DNA from: Eledone cirrhosa
Lineage: Eukaryota
DNA length: 64,000 bases
Direction: 5' to 3'
NCBI GenBank assembly: GCA_964016885.1
Contig: OZ024744.1
Coordinates: 21,886,001 to 21,950,000 of the forward strand
Under the pieces are notes generated by a model. That model saw only the letters and a program-made list of their open reading frames with translations, was not told where the DNA came from and did not search any database. Positions 31,380 to 46,500 of this stretch are shown here, in pieces (positions within the stretch are counted from its first letter, which is position 1; each line of letters begins with the position of its first letter). The position numbers and the translations under genes are program-made.

Positions 31380-34300
31380 TTAGAAGAGGTAACAGCAACA
31401 ACAGCTATGACATCTTCAGACAGTTAGAAGAGGTGACAGGCACAACAGCTGTGACATCTGTAGACAGTTGGAAGAGGTGACAGCCACAACAGCTATGACA
31501 TCTTCAGACAGTTAGAAGAGGTGACAGCCACAACAGCTATGACATCTTCAGACAGTTAGAAGAGGTGACAGGAACAACAGCTATGACATCTTCAGACAGT
31601 TAGAAGAGGTGACAGGCACAACAGCTATGACATCTTCAGACAGTTAGAAAAGGTGACAGGCACAACAGCTATGACATCTTCAGACAGTTAGAAGAGGTGA
31701 CAGCAACAACAGTTATGACATCTTCAGACAGTTAGAAGAGGTGACAGCCACAACAGCTATGACGTCTTTAGACAGTTAGAAGAGGTGACAGCAAAAACAG
31801 CTATGACATTTTCAGACAGTTAGATGAGGTGACAGGCACAACAGCTATGACATATTCAGACAGTTAGAAGAGGTGACAGGAACAACAGCTATGACATCTT
31901 CAGACAGTTAGAAGAGGTGACAGGCACAACAGCTATGACATCTTCAGACAGTTAGAAGAGGTGACAGGCACAACAGCTATGACATCTTCAGACAGTTAGA
32001 AGAGGTAACAGCAACAACAGCTATGACATCTTCAGACAGTTAGAAGAGGTGACAGGCACAACAGCTGTGACATCTGTAGACAGTTGGAAGAGGTGACAGC
32101 CACAACAGCTATGACATCTTCAGACAGTTAGAAGAGGTGACAGCCACAACAGCTATGACATCTTCAGACAGTTAGAAGAGGTGACAGGAACAACAGCTAT
32201 GACATCTTCAGACAGTTAGAAGAGGTGACAGGCACAACAGCTATGACATCTTCAGAGAGTTAGAAAAGGTGACAGGCACAACAGCTATGACATCTTCAGA
32301 CAGTTAGAAGAGGTGACAGCAACAACAGTTATGACATCTTCAGACAGTTAGAAGAGGTGACAGCCACAACAGCTATGACGTCTTTAGACAGTTAGAAGAG
32401 GTGACAGCAAAAACAGCTATGACATTTTCAGACAGTTAGATGAGGTGACAGGCACAACAGCTATGACATATTCAGACAGTTAGAAGAGGTGACAGGAACA
32501 ACAGCTATGACATCTTCAGACAGTTAGAAGAGGTGACAGGCACAACAGCTATGACATCTTCAGACAGTTAGAAGAGGTGACAGGCACAACAGCTATGACA
32601 TCTTCAGACAGTTAGAAGAGGTAACAGCAACAACAGCTATGACATCTTCAGACAGTTAGAAGAGGTGACAGGCACAACAGCTGTGACATCTGTAGACAGT
32701 TGGAAGAGGTGACAGCCACAACAGCTATGACATCTTCAGACAGTTAGAAGAGGTGACAGCCACAACAGCTATGACATCTTCAGACAGTTAGAAGAGGTGA
32801 CAGGAACAACAGCTATGACATCTTCAGACAGTTAGAAGAGGTGACAGGCACAACAGCTATGACATCTTCAGACAGTTAGAAGAGGTGACAGGCACAACAG
32901 CTATGACATCTTCAGACAGTTAGAAGAGGTGACAGCAACAACAGTTATGACATCTTCAGACAGTTAGAAGAGGTGACAGCCACAACAGCTATGACGTCTT
33001 TAGACAGTTAGAAGAGGTGACAGCAACAACAGCTATGACATTTTCAGACAGTTAGAAGAGGTGACAGGCACAACAGCTATGACATATTCAGACAGTTAGA
33101 AGAGGTGACAGGAACAACAGCTATGACATCTTCAGACAGTTAGAAGAGGTGACAGGCACAACAGCTATGACATCTTCAGACAGTTAGAAGAGGTGACAGG
33201 CACAACAGCTATGACATCTTCAGACAGTTAGAAGAGGTGACAGCCACAACAGCTATGACATCTTCAAACAGTTAGAAGAGGTGACAGCAACAACAGCTCT
33301 GACATCTTCAGACAGAAGGGGTGACAGCCACAACAACTATGACATCTTTAGACAGTTAGAAGAGCTGACAGGCACAACAGCTATGACATCTTTAGACAGT
33401 TAGAAGAGGTGACAGCCACAACAGCTATGACATATTCAGACAGTTAGAAGAGGTGACAGGCACAACAGCTATGACATCTTCAGACAGTTAGAAGAGGTGA
33501 CGGCAACAACAGCTATGACATCTTCAGACAGTTAGAAGAGGTGACAGCAACAACAGTTATGACATCTTCAGACAGTTAGAAGAGGTGACAGCCACAACAG
33601 CTATGACGTCTTTAGACAGTTAGAAGAGGTGACAGCAAAAACAGCTATGACATTTTCAGACAGTTAGATGAGGTGACAGGCACAACAGCTATGACATATT
33701 CAGACAGTTAGAAGAGGTGACAGGAACAACAGCTATGACATCTTCAGACAGTTAGAAGAGGTGACAGGCACAACAGCTATGACATCTTCAGACAGTTAGA
33801 AGACGTGACAGGCACAACAGCTATGACATCTTCAGACAGTTAGAAGAGGTAACAGCAACAACAGCTATGACATCTTCAGACAGTTAGAAGAGGTGACAGG
33901 CACAACAGCTGTGACATCTGTAGACAGTTGGAAGAGGTGACAGCCACAACAGCTATGACATCTTCAGACAGTTAGAAGAGGTGACAGCCACAACAGCTAT
34001 GACATCTTCAGACAGTTAGAAGAGGTGACAGGAACAACAGCTATGACATCTTCAGACAGTTAGAAGAGGTGACAGGCACAACAGCTATGACATCTTCAGA
34101 GAGTTAGAAAAGGTGACAGGCACAACAGCTATGACATCTTCAGACAGTTAGAAGAGGTGACAGCAACAACAGTTATGACATCTTCAGACAGTTAGAAGAG
34201 GTGACAGCCACAACAGCTATGACGTCTTTAGACAGTTAGAAGAGGTGACAGCAAAAACAGCTATGACATTTTCAGACAGTTAGATGAGGTGACAGGCACA

Positions 34301-37300
34301 ACAGCTATGACATATTCAGACAGTTAGAAGAGGTGACAGGAACAACAGCTATGACATCTTCAGACAGTTAGAAGAGGTGACAGGCACAACAGCTATGACA
34401 TCTTCAGACAGTTAGAAGAGGTGACAGGCACAACAGCTATGACATCTTCAGACAGTTAGAAGAGGTAACAGCAACAACAGCTATGACATCTTCAGACAGT
34501 TAGAAGAGGTGACAGGCACAACAGCTGTGACATCTGTAGACAGTTGGAAGAGGTGACAGCCACAACAGCTATGACATCTTCAGACAGTTAGAAGAGGTGA
34601 CAGCCACAACAGCTATGACATCTTCAGATTGAACATGTGACAGCTACAACAGCTATTACATTTTCAGACAGAAGAGATGACAGGCACAACAGCTATGTCA
34701 TCTTCAGACAGTTAGAAGAGGTGACAGCCACAACAGCTATGACATCTTCAGACAGTTAGAAGAGGTGACAGCCACAACAGCTATGACATCTTTAGACAGT
34801 TAGAAGAGGCGACAGCCACAACAGCTATGACATCTTCAGACAGTTTGAAGAGATGACAGCCACAACAGCTATGACATGTTGAGACAGTTAGAAGAGGTGA
34901 CAGCCACAACAGCTCTGACATCTTTAGACAGTTAGAAGAGGTGACAGGAACAACAGCTATGACATCTTCAGACAGTTAGAAGAGGTGACAGGCACAGCAG
35001 CTATGACATCTTTAGACAATTAGAAGTGGTGACAGCCACAACAGCTATGACATCTTCAGACAGAAGAGGTGACAGGCACAACAGCTATGACATCTTCAGA
35101 CAGTTAGAAGAGGTAACAGCAACAACAGCTATGACATCTTCAGACAGTTAGAAGAGGTGACAGGCACAACAGCTGTGACATCTGTAGACAGTTGGAAGAG
35201 GTGACAGCCACAACAGCTATGACATCTTCAGACAGTTAGAAGAGGTGACAGCCACAACAGCTATGACATCTTCAGACAGTTAGAAGAGGTGACAGGAACA
35301 ACAGCTATGACATCTTCAGACAGTTAGAAGAGGTGACAGGCACAACAGCTATGACATCTTCAGACAGTTAGAAAAGGTGACAGGCACAACAGCTATGACA
35401 TCTTCAGACAGTTAGAAGAGGTGACAGCAACAACAGTTATGACATCTTCAGACAGTTAGAAGAGGTGACAGCCACAACAGCTATGACGTCTTTAGACAGT
35501 TAGAAGAGGTGACAGCAAAAACAGCTATGACATTTTCAGACAGTTAGATGAGGTGACAGGCACAACAGCTATGACATATTCAGACAGTTAGAAGAGGTGA
35601 CAGGAACAACAGCTATGACATCTTCAGACAGTTAGAAGAGGTGACAGGCACAACAGCTATGACATCTTCAGACAGTTAGAAGAGGTGACAGGCACAACAG
35701 CTATGACATCTTCAGACAGTTAGAAGAGGTAACAGCAACAACAGCTATGACATCTTCAGACAGTTAGAAGAGGTGACAGGCACAACAGCTGTGACATCTG
35801 TAGACAGTTGGAAGAGGTGACAGCCACAACAGCTATGACATCTTCAGACAGTTAGAAGAGGTGACAGCCACAACAGCTATGACATCTTCAGACAGTTAGA
35901 AGAGGTGACAGGAACAACAGCTATGACATCTTCAGACAGTTAGAAGAGGTGACAGGCACAACAGCTATGACATCTTCAGAGAGTTAGAAAAGGTGACAGG
36001 CACAACAGCTATGACATCTTCAGACAGTTAGAAGAGGTGACAGCAACAACAGTTATGACATCTTCAGACAGTTAGAAGAGGTGACAGCCACAACAGCTAT
36101 GACGTCTTTAGACAGTTAGAAGAGGTGACAGCAAAAACAGCTATGACATTTTCAGACAGTTAGATGAGGTGACAGGCACAACAGCTATGACATATTCAGA
36201 CAGTTAGAAGAGGTGACAGGAACAACAGCTATGACATCTTCAGACAGTTAGAAGAGGTGACAGGCACAACAGCTATGACATCTTCAGACAGTTAGAAGAG
36301 GTGACAGGCACAACAGCTATGACATCTTCAGACAGTTAGAAGAGGTAACAGCAACAACAGCTATGACATCTTCAGACAGTTAGAAGAGGTGACAGGCACA
36401 ACAGCTGTGACATCTGTAGACAGTTGGAAGAGGTGACAGCCACAACAGCTATGACATCTTCAGACAGTTAGAAGAGGTGACAGCCACAACAGCTATGACA
36501 TCTTCAGACAGTTAGAAGAGGTGACAGGAACAACAGCTATGACATCTTCAGACAGTTAGAAGAGGTGACAGGCACAACAGCTATGACATCTTCAGACAGT
36601 TAGAAGAGGTGACAGGCACAACAGCTATGACATCTTCAGACAGTTAGAAGAGGTGACAGCAACAACAGTTATGACATCTTCAGACAGTTAGAAGAGGTGA
36701 CAGCCACAACAGCTATGACGTCTTTAGACAGTTAGAAGAGGTGACAGCAACAACAGCTATGACATTTTCAGACAGTTAGAAGAGGTGACAGGCACAACAG
36801 CTATGACATATTCAGACAGTTAGAAGAGGTGACAGGAACAACAGCTATGACATCTTCAGACAGTTAGAAGAGGTGACAGGCACAACAGCTATGACATCTT
36901 CAGACAGTTAGAAGAGGTGACAGGCACAACAGCTATGACATCTTCAGACAGTTAGAAGAGGTGACAGCCACAACAGCTATGACATCTTCAGACAGTTAGA
37001 AGAGGTGACAGCAACAACAGCTCTGACATCTTCAGACAGAAGGGGTGACAGCCACAACAACTATGACATCTTTAGACAGTTAGAAGAGCTGACAGGCACA
37101 ACAGCTATGACATCTTTAGACAGTTAGAAGAGGTGACAGCCACAACAGCTATGACATATTCAGACAGTTAGAAGAGGTGACAGGCACAACAGCTATGACA
37201 TCTTCAGACAGTTAGAAAAGGTGACAGGCACAACAGCTATGACATCTTCAGACAGTTAGAAGAGGTGACAGCAACAACAGTTATGACATCTTCAGACAGT

Positions 37301-39760
37301 TAGAAGAGGTGACAGCCACAACAGCTATGACGTCTTTAGACAGTTAGAAGAGGTGACAGCAAAAACAGCTATGACATTTTCAGACAGTTAGATGAGGTGA
37401 CAGGCACAACAGCTATGACATATTCAGACAGTTAGAAGAGGTGACAGGAACAACAGCTATGACATCTTCAGACAGTTAGAAGAGGTGACAGGCACAACAG
37501 CTATGACATCTTCAGACAGTTAGAAGAGGTGACAGGCACAACAGCTATGACATCTTCAGACAGTTAGAAGAGGTAACAGCAACAACAGCTATGACATCTT
37601 CAGACAGTTAGAAGAGGTGACAGGCACAACAGCTGTGACATCTGTAGACAGTTGGAAGAGGTGACAGCCACAACAGCTATGACATCTTCAGACAGTTAGA
37701 AGAGGTGACAGCCACAACAGCTATGACATCTTCAGACAGTTAGAAGAGGTGACAGGAACAACAGCTATGACATCTTCAGACAGTTAGAAGAGGTGACAGG
37801 CACAACAGCTATGACATCTTCAGAGAGTTAGAAAAGGTGACAGGCACAACAGCTATGACATCTTCAGACAGTTAGAAGAGGTGACAGCAACAACAGTTAT
37901 GACATCTTCAGACAGTTAGAAGAGGTGACAGCCACAACAGCTATGACGTCTTTAGACAGTTAGAAGAGGTGACAGCAAAAACAGCTATGACATTTTCAGA
38001 CAGTTAGATGAGGTGACAGGCACAACAGCTATGACATATTCAGACAGTTAGAAGAGGTGACAGGAACAACAGCTATGACATCTTCAGACAGTTAGAAGAG
38101 GTGACAGGCACAACAGCTATGACATCTTCAGACAGTTAGAAGAGGTGACAGGCACAACAGCTATGACATCTTCAGACAGTTAGAAGAGGTAACAGCAACA
38201 ACAGCTATGACATCTTCAGACAGTTAGAAGAGGTGACAGGCACAACAGCTGTGACATCTGTAGACAGTTGGAAGAGGTGACAGCCACAACAGCTATGACA
38301 TCTTCAGACAGTTAGAAGAGGTGACAGCCACAACAGCTATGACATCTTCAGACAGTTAGAAGAGGTGACAGGAACAACAGCTATGACATCTTCAGACAGT
38401 TAGAAGAGGTGACAGGCACAACAGCTATGACATCTTCAGACAGTTAGAAGAGGTGACAGGCACAACAGCTATGACATCTTCAGACAGTTAGAAGAGGTGA
38501 CAGCAACAACAGTTATGACATCTTCAGACAGTTAGAAGAGGTGACAGCCACAACAGCTATGACGTCTTTAGACAGTTAGAAGAGGTGACAGCAACAACAG
38601 CTATGACATTTTCAGACAGTTAGAAGAGGTGACAGGCACAACAGCTATGACATATTCAGACAGTTAGAAGAGGTGACAGGAACAACAGCTATGACATCTT
38701 CAGACAGTTAGAAGAGGTGACAGGCACAACAGCTATGACATCTTCAGACAGTTAGAAGAGGTGACAGGCACAACAGCTATGACATCTTCAGACAGTTAGA
38801 AGAGGTGACAGCCACAACAGCTATGACATCTTCAGACAGTTAGAAGAGGTGACAGCAACAACAGCTCTGACATCTTCAGACAGAAGGGGTGACAGCCACA
38901 ACAACTATGACATCTTTAGACAGTTAGAAGAGCTGACAGGCACAACAGCTATGACATCTTTAGACAGTTAGAAGAGGTGACAGCCACAACAGCTATGACA
39001 TATTCAGACAGTTAGAAGAGGTGACAGGCACAACAGCTATGACATCTTCAGACAGTTAGAAGAGGTGACGGCAACAACAGCTATGACATCTTCAGACAGT
39101 TAGAAGAGGTGACAGCAACAACAGTTATGACATCTTCAGACAGTTAGAAGAGGTGACAGCCACAACAGCTATGACGTCTTTAGACAGTTAGAAGAGGTGA
39201 CAGCAAAAACAGCTATGACATTTTCAGACAGTTAGATGAGGTGACAGGCACAACAGCTATGACATATTCAGACAGTTAGAAGAGGTGACAGGAACAACAG
39301 CTATGACATCTTCAGACAGTTAGAAGAGGTGACAGGCACAACAGCTATGACATCTTCAGACAGTTAGAAGAGGTGACAGGCACAACAGCTATGACATCTT
39401 CAGACAGTTAGAAGAGGTAACAGCAACAACAGCTATGACATCTTCAGACAGTTAGAAGAGGTGACAGGCACAACAGCTGTGACATCTGTAGACAGTTGGA
39501 AGAGGTGACAGCCACAACAGCTATGACATCTTCAGACAGTTAGAAGAGGTGACAGCCACAACAGCTATGACATCTTCAGACAGTTAGAAGAGGTGACAGG
39601 AACAACAGCTATGACATCTTCAGACAGTTAGAAGAGGTGACAGGCACAACAGCTATGACATCTTCAGAGAGTTAGAAAAGGTGACAGGCACAACAGCTAT
39701 GACATCTTCAGACAGTTAGAAGAGGTGACAGCAACAACAGTTATGACATCTTCAGACAGA
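31380..39760. repeat. 616-bp (14 x 44) higher-order repeat domain
   Basis: The marker GTGACATCTGTAGACAGTTGG is at 31451, 32067, 32683, 33911, 34527, 35175, 35791, 36407, 37635, 38251 and 39479. Spacings are 616 or 1228, with one of 648. Confidence 0.9.
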
Positions 39761-42700
39761 AGAGGTGACAGCCACAACAGCTATGACATCTTCAGACAGT
39801 TAGAAGAGGTGACAGCCACAACAGCTATGACGTCTTTAGACAGTTAGAAGAGGTGACAGCAACAACAGCTATGACATTTTCAGACAGTTAGAAGAGGTGA
39901 CAGGCACAACAGCTATGACATATTCAGACAGTTAGAAGAGGTGACAGGAACAACAGCTATGACATCTTCAGACAGTTAGAAGAGGTGACAGGCACAACAG
40001 CTATGACATCTTCAGACAGTTAGAAGAGGTGACAGGCACAACAGCTATGACATCTTCAGACAGTTAGAAGAGGTGACAGCCACAACAGCTATGACATCTT
40101 CAGACAGTTAGAAGAGGTGACAGCAACAACAGCTCTGACATCTTCAGACAGAAGGGGTGACAGCCACAACAACTATGACATCTTTAGACAGTTAGAAGAG
40201 CTGACAGGCACAACAGCTATGACATCTTTAGACAGTTAGAAGAGGTGACAGCCACAACAGCTATGACATATTCAGACAGTTAGAAGAGGTGACAGGCACA
40301 ACAGCTATGACATCTTCAGACAGTTAGAAGAGGTGACGGCAACAACAGCTATGAGATCTTCAGACAGAAGAGGTGACAGCCACAACAGCTATGACATCTT
40401 CAGAGAGAAGAGGTGACAGGCACAACAGCTATGACATCTACAGACAGAAGAGGTGACAGCCACAACAGCTATGACATATTCAGACAGAAGAGGTGACAGG
40501 CACAACAGCTATGACATCTTCAGACAGTTAGAAGAGGTAACAGCAACAACAGCTATGACATCTTCAGACAGTTAGAAGAGGTGACAGGCACAACAGCTAT
40601 GACATCTTTAGACAGTTGGAAGAGGTGACAGCCACAACAGCTAAGACATCTTCAGACAGTTAGAAGAGGTGACAGCCAGAGCAGCTATGACATCTTCAGA
40701 CAGTTAGAAGAGGTGACAGCAACAACAGCTATGACGTCTTCAGACAGTTAGAAGAGGTGACAGGCACAACAGCTATGTCATCTTCAGACAGTTAGAAGAG
40801 GTGACAGCAACAACAGCTATGACATCTTTAGACAGTTAGAAGCGGTGACAGCCACAACAGCTATGACATATTCAGACAGTTAGAAGAGGTGACGGCAACA
40901 ACAGCTATGAGATCTTCAGACTGAAGAGGTGACAGCCACAACAGCTATGACATCTTCAGACAAAAGAGGTGACAGGCACAACAGCTATGAGATCTTCAGA
41001 CAGAAGAGGTGACAGCCACAACAGCTATGACATCTTCAGACAGAAGAGGTGACAGGCACAACAGCTATGACATATTCAGACAGTTAGAAGAGGTGACAGC
41101 CACAACAGCTATGACATCTTCAGACAGTTATAAGATGTGACAGCCACAACAGCTATGACATATTCAGACAGAAGAGCTGACAGCCACAACAGCTATGACA
41201 TCTTCAGACAGTTAGAAGAGGTGACAGGCACAACAGCTATTACATGTTTAGACAGTTAGAAGAGGTGACAGCCACAACAGCTATGACATCTTTAGACAGT
41301 TAGAAGAGGGGACAGGAACAACAGCTATGACGTCTTCAGACAGTTAGAAGAGGTGACAGGCACAACAGCTATGACATCTTTAGACAGTTGGAAGAGGTGA
41401 CAGCCACAACAGCTATGACATCTCCAGACAGTTAGAAGAGGTGACAGCCACAACAGCTATGACATCTTCAGACAGAAGAGGTGACAGGCACAACAGCTAT
41501 GACATATTCAGACAGTTAGAAGAGGTAACAGCAACAACAGCTATGACAACTTCAGACAGTTAGAAGAGGTGACAGGCACAACAGCTGTGACATCTGTAGA
41601 CAGTTGGAAGAGGTGACAGCCACAACAGCTATGACATCTTCAGACAGTTAGAAGAGGTGACAGCCACAACAGCTATGACATCTTCAGACAGTTAGAAGAG
41701 GTGACAGGAACAACAGCTATGACGTCTTCAGACAGTTAGAAGAGGTGACAGGCACAACAGCTATGTCATCTTCAGACAGTTAGAAGAGGTGACAGCAACA
41801 ACAGCTATGACATCTTTAGACAGTTAGAAGCGGTGACAGCCACAACAGCTATGACATATTCAGACAGTTAGAAGAGGTGACGGCAACAACAGCTATGAGA
41901 TCTTCAGACTGAAGAGGTGACAGCCACAACAGCTATGACATCTTCAGACAAAAGAGCTGACAGGCACAACAGCTATGTGATCTTCAGACAGAAGAGGGAA
42001 CAGCCACAACTGCTATGACATCTTCAGACAGAAGAGGTGACAGGCACAACAGCTATGACATCATCTTCAGACAGTTAGAAGGGGGTGACAGCCTCAACAG
42101 CTATGACATCTTTAGACAGTTAGAAGAGGTGACAGCCACAACAGCTATGACATCTTCAGACAGTTAGAAGAGGTGACAGCCACAACAGCTATGACATATT
42201 TAGACAGTTAGAAGATGTGACAGGAACAACAGCTATGACGTCTTCAGACAGTTAGAAGAGGTGACAGGCACAACAGCTATGACATCTTCAGACAGGTAGA
42301 AGAGATGACAGCAACAACAGCTATGACATCTTCAGACAGAAGAGGTGACAGCCACAACAGCTATGACATCTTTAGACAGTTAGAAGAGGTGACAGCCACG
42401 ACAGCTATGAGATATTCAGACAGTTAGAAGAGGTGACAGGCACAACAGCTATGACATCTTCAGACAGTTAGAAGAGGTGACAGCCACAACAGCTATGACA
42501 TCTTCAGACAAAAGAGGTGACAGTCACAACAGCTATGAGATCTTCAGACAGAAGAGGTGACAGCCACAACAGCTATGACATCTTCAGACAGAAGAGGTGA
42601 CAGGCACAGCAGCTATGACATTTTCAGACAGTTAGAAGAGGTGACAGCCACAACAGCTATGACATCTTCAGACAGTTATAAGATGTGACAGCCACAACAG

Positions 42701-43519
42701 CTATGACATATTCAGACAGAAGAGCTGACAGCCACAACAGCTATGACATCTTCAGACAGTTAGAAGAGGTGACAGCAACAACAGCTATGACATCTTCAGA
42801 CAGTTAGAAGAGGTGACAGGCACAACAGCTATTACATGTTTAGACAGTTAGAAGAGGTGACAGCCACAACAGCTATGACATCTTTAGACAGTTAGAAGAG
42901 GTGACAGGAACAACAGCTATGACGTCTTCAGACAGTTAGAAGAGGTGACAGGCACAACAGCTATGACATCTTTAGACAGTTGGAAGAGGTGACAGCCACA
43001 ACAGCTATGACATCTCCAGAAAGTTAGAAGAGGTGACAGCCACAACAGCTATGACATCTTCAGACAGAAGAGGTGACAGGCACAACAGCTATGACATCTT
43101 CAGACAGTTAGAAGAGGTGACAAGCACAACAGCTATGACATCTTTAGACAGTTGGAAGAGGTGACAGCCACAACAGCTATGACAGCTCCAGACAGTTAGA
43201 AGATGTGACAGCCACAACAGCTATGACATCTTCAGACAGAAGAGGTGACAGGCACAACAGTTATGACATCTTCAGACAGTTAGAAGAGGTAACAGCAACA
43301 ACAGCTATGACATCTTCAGACAGTTAGAAGAGGTGACAGGCACAACAGCTGTGACATCTGTAGACAGTTGGAAGAGGTGACAGCCACAACAGCTATGACA
43401 TCTTCAGACAGTTAGAAGAGGTGACAGGAACAACAGCTATGACGTCTTCAGACAGTTAGAAGAGGTGACAGGCACAACAGCTATGTCATCTTCAGACAGT
43501 TAGAAGAGGTGACAGCAAC

Positions 43520-46500
43520 AACAGCTATGACATATTTAGACAGTTAGAAGATGTGACAGGAACAACAGCTATGACGTCTTCAGACAGTTAGAAGAGGTGA
43601 CAGGCACAACAGCTATGACATATTCAGACAGAAAAGGTGACAGGCACAACAGCTATGACATCTTCAGACAGTTAGAAGAGGTAACAGCAACAACAGCTAT
43701 GACATCTTCAGACAGTTAGAAGAGGTGACAGGCACAACAGCTATGACATCTTTAGACAGTTGGAAGAGGTGACAGCCACAACAGCTATGACATCTTCAGA
43801 CAGTTAGAAGAGGTGACAGCCACAACAGCTATGACATCTTTAGACAGTTAGAAGCGGTGTCATCCACAACAGCTATGACATATTCAGACAGTTAGAAGAG
43901 GTGACGGCAACAACAGCTATGAGATCTTCAGACTGAAGAGGTGACAGCCACAAGAGCTATGACATCTTCAGACAAAAGAGGTGACAGGCACAACAGCTAT
44001 GAGATCTTCAGGCAGAAGAGGTGACAGCCACAACAGCTATGACATCTTCAGACAGAAGAGGTGACAGGCACAACAGCTATGACATATTCAGACAGTTAGA
44101 AGAGGTGACAGCCACAATAGCTATGACATCTTCAGACAGATATAAGATGTGCCAGCCACAACAGCTATGACATATTCAGACAGAAGAGGTGACAGGCACA
44201 ACAGCTATGACATCTACAGACAGAAGAGGTGACAGCCACAACAGTTATGACATCTTCAGACAGTTAGAAGAGGTGACAGCAACAACAGCTATGACATCTT
44301 CAGACAGTTAGAAGAGGTGACAGGCACAACAGCTATGACATCTTTAGACAGTTATAAGATGTGACAGTCACAACAGCTATGACATATTCAGACAGAAGAG
44401 GTGACAGGCACAACAGCTATGACATCTACAGACAGAAGAGGTGACAGGAACAACAGCTATGACGTCTTCAGACAGTTAGAAGAGGTGACAGGCACAACAG
44501 CTATGACATCTTCAGAGAGTTAGAAGAGGTGACAGGCACAACAGCTATGACATCTTTAGACAGTTAGAAGAGGTGACAGCCACAACAGCTATGACATCTT
44601 CAGACAGTTAGAAGAGGTGACAGGCACAACAGCTATGACATCTTCACACAGTTAGAAGAGGTGACAGCAACAACAGCTATGACATCTTCAGACAGTTCGA
44701 AGAGGTAACAGCCACAACAGCTATGATATCTTTAGACAGTTAGAAGAGGTGACAGCCACAACAGCTATGACATCTTCAGACAGTGAGAAGAGGTGACATC
44801 CACAACAGCTATGACATCTTTAGACAGTTAGAAGAGGTGACAGGAACAACAGCTATGACGTCTTCAGACAGTTAGAAGAGGTGACAGGCACAGCAGCTAT
44901 GACGTCTTCAGACAGAAGATGTGACAGCCACAACAGCTATGAAATCTTCAGAGAGAAGAGGTGACAGGCACAACAGCTATGACATCTACAGACAGAAGAG
45001 GTGACAGCCACAACAGCTATGACATCTTCAGACAGTTATAAGATGTGACAGCCACAACAGCTATGACATATTCAGACAGAAGAGGTGACAGGCACAACAG
45101 CTATGACATCTTCAGACAGTTAGAAGAGGTAACAGGCACAACATATATGCCATCTTTAGACAGTTAGAAGAGGTGACAGCAACAACAGCTATGACATCTT
45201 CAGACAGTTAGAAGAGGTAACAGGCACAACATATATGCCATCTTTAGACAGTTAAAAGAGGTGACAGCCACAACAGCTATGATATCTTTAGACAGTTAGA
45301 AGAGGTGACAGCGACAACAGCTATGACATCTTCAGACAGTGAGAAGAGGTGACAGCCACTACAGCTATGCCATCTTCAGACATTTAGAAGAGGTGACAGG
45401 AACAAGAGCTATGACATCTTCAGACAGTTAGAAGAGGTGACAGCAACAACAGCTATGACATCTTCAGACAGTTATAAGATGTGACAGCCACAACAGCCAT
45501 GACATCTTCAGACAGAAGAGGTGACAAGCACAACAGCTATGACATCTTCACACAGTTAGAAGAGGTGACAGCAACAACAGCTATGACATCTTCAGACAGT
45601 TAGAAGAGGTAACAGCCACAACAGCTATGATATCTTTAGACAGTTAGAAGAGGTGACAGACACAACAGCTATGACATCTTCAGACAGTGACAAGAGGTGA
45701 CAGGCACAACAGCTATGACATCTTTAGACAGTTATAAGATGTGACAGTCACAACAGCTATGACATATTCAGACAGAAGAGGTGACAGGCACAACAGCTTT
45801 GACATCTACAGACAGAAGAGGTGACAGCCACAACAGCTATGACATCTTCAGACAGTTAGAAGAGGTGACAGGAACAACAGCTATGACGTCTTCAGACAGT
45901 TAGAAGAGGTGACAGGCACAACAGTTATGACATCTTCAGAGAGTTAGAAGAGGTGACAGGCACAACAGCTATGACATCTTTAGACAGTTAGAAGAGGTGA
46001 CAGCCACAACAGCTATGACATATTCAGACAGTTAGAAGAGGTGACAGCCACAACTGCTATGACATCTTCAGACAGTTATAAGATGTGACAGCCACAACAG
46101 CTATGACATATTCAGACAGAAGAGGTGACATGCACAACAGCTATGACATCTTCAGACAGTTAGAAGAGGTAACAGCAACAACAGCTATGATATCTTTAGA
46201 CAGTTAGAAGAGGTGACAGCCACAACAGCTATGACATCTTCAGACAGTGAGAAGAGGTGACATCCACAACAGCTATGACATCTTTAGACAGTTAGAAGAG
46301 GTGACAGGAACAACAGCTATGACGTCTTCAGACAGTTATAAGAGGTGACAGGCACAGCAGCTATGACGTCTTCAGACAGAAGATGTGACAGCCACAACAG
46401 CTATGAAATCTTCAGAGAGAAGAGGTGACAGGCACAACAGCTATGACATCTACAGACAGAAGAGGTGACAGCCACAACAGCTATGACATCTTCAGACAGT

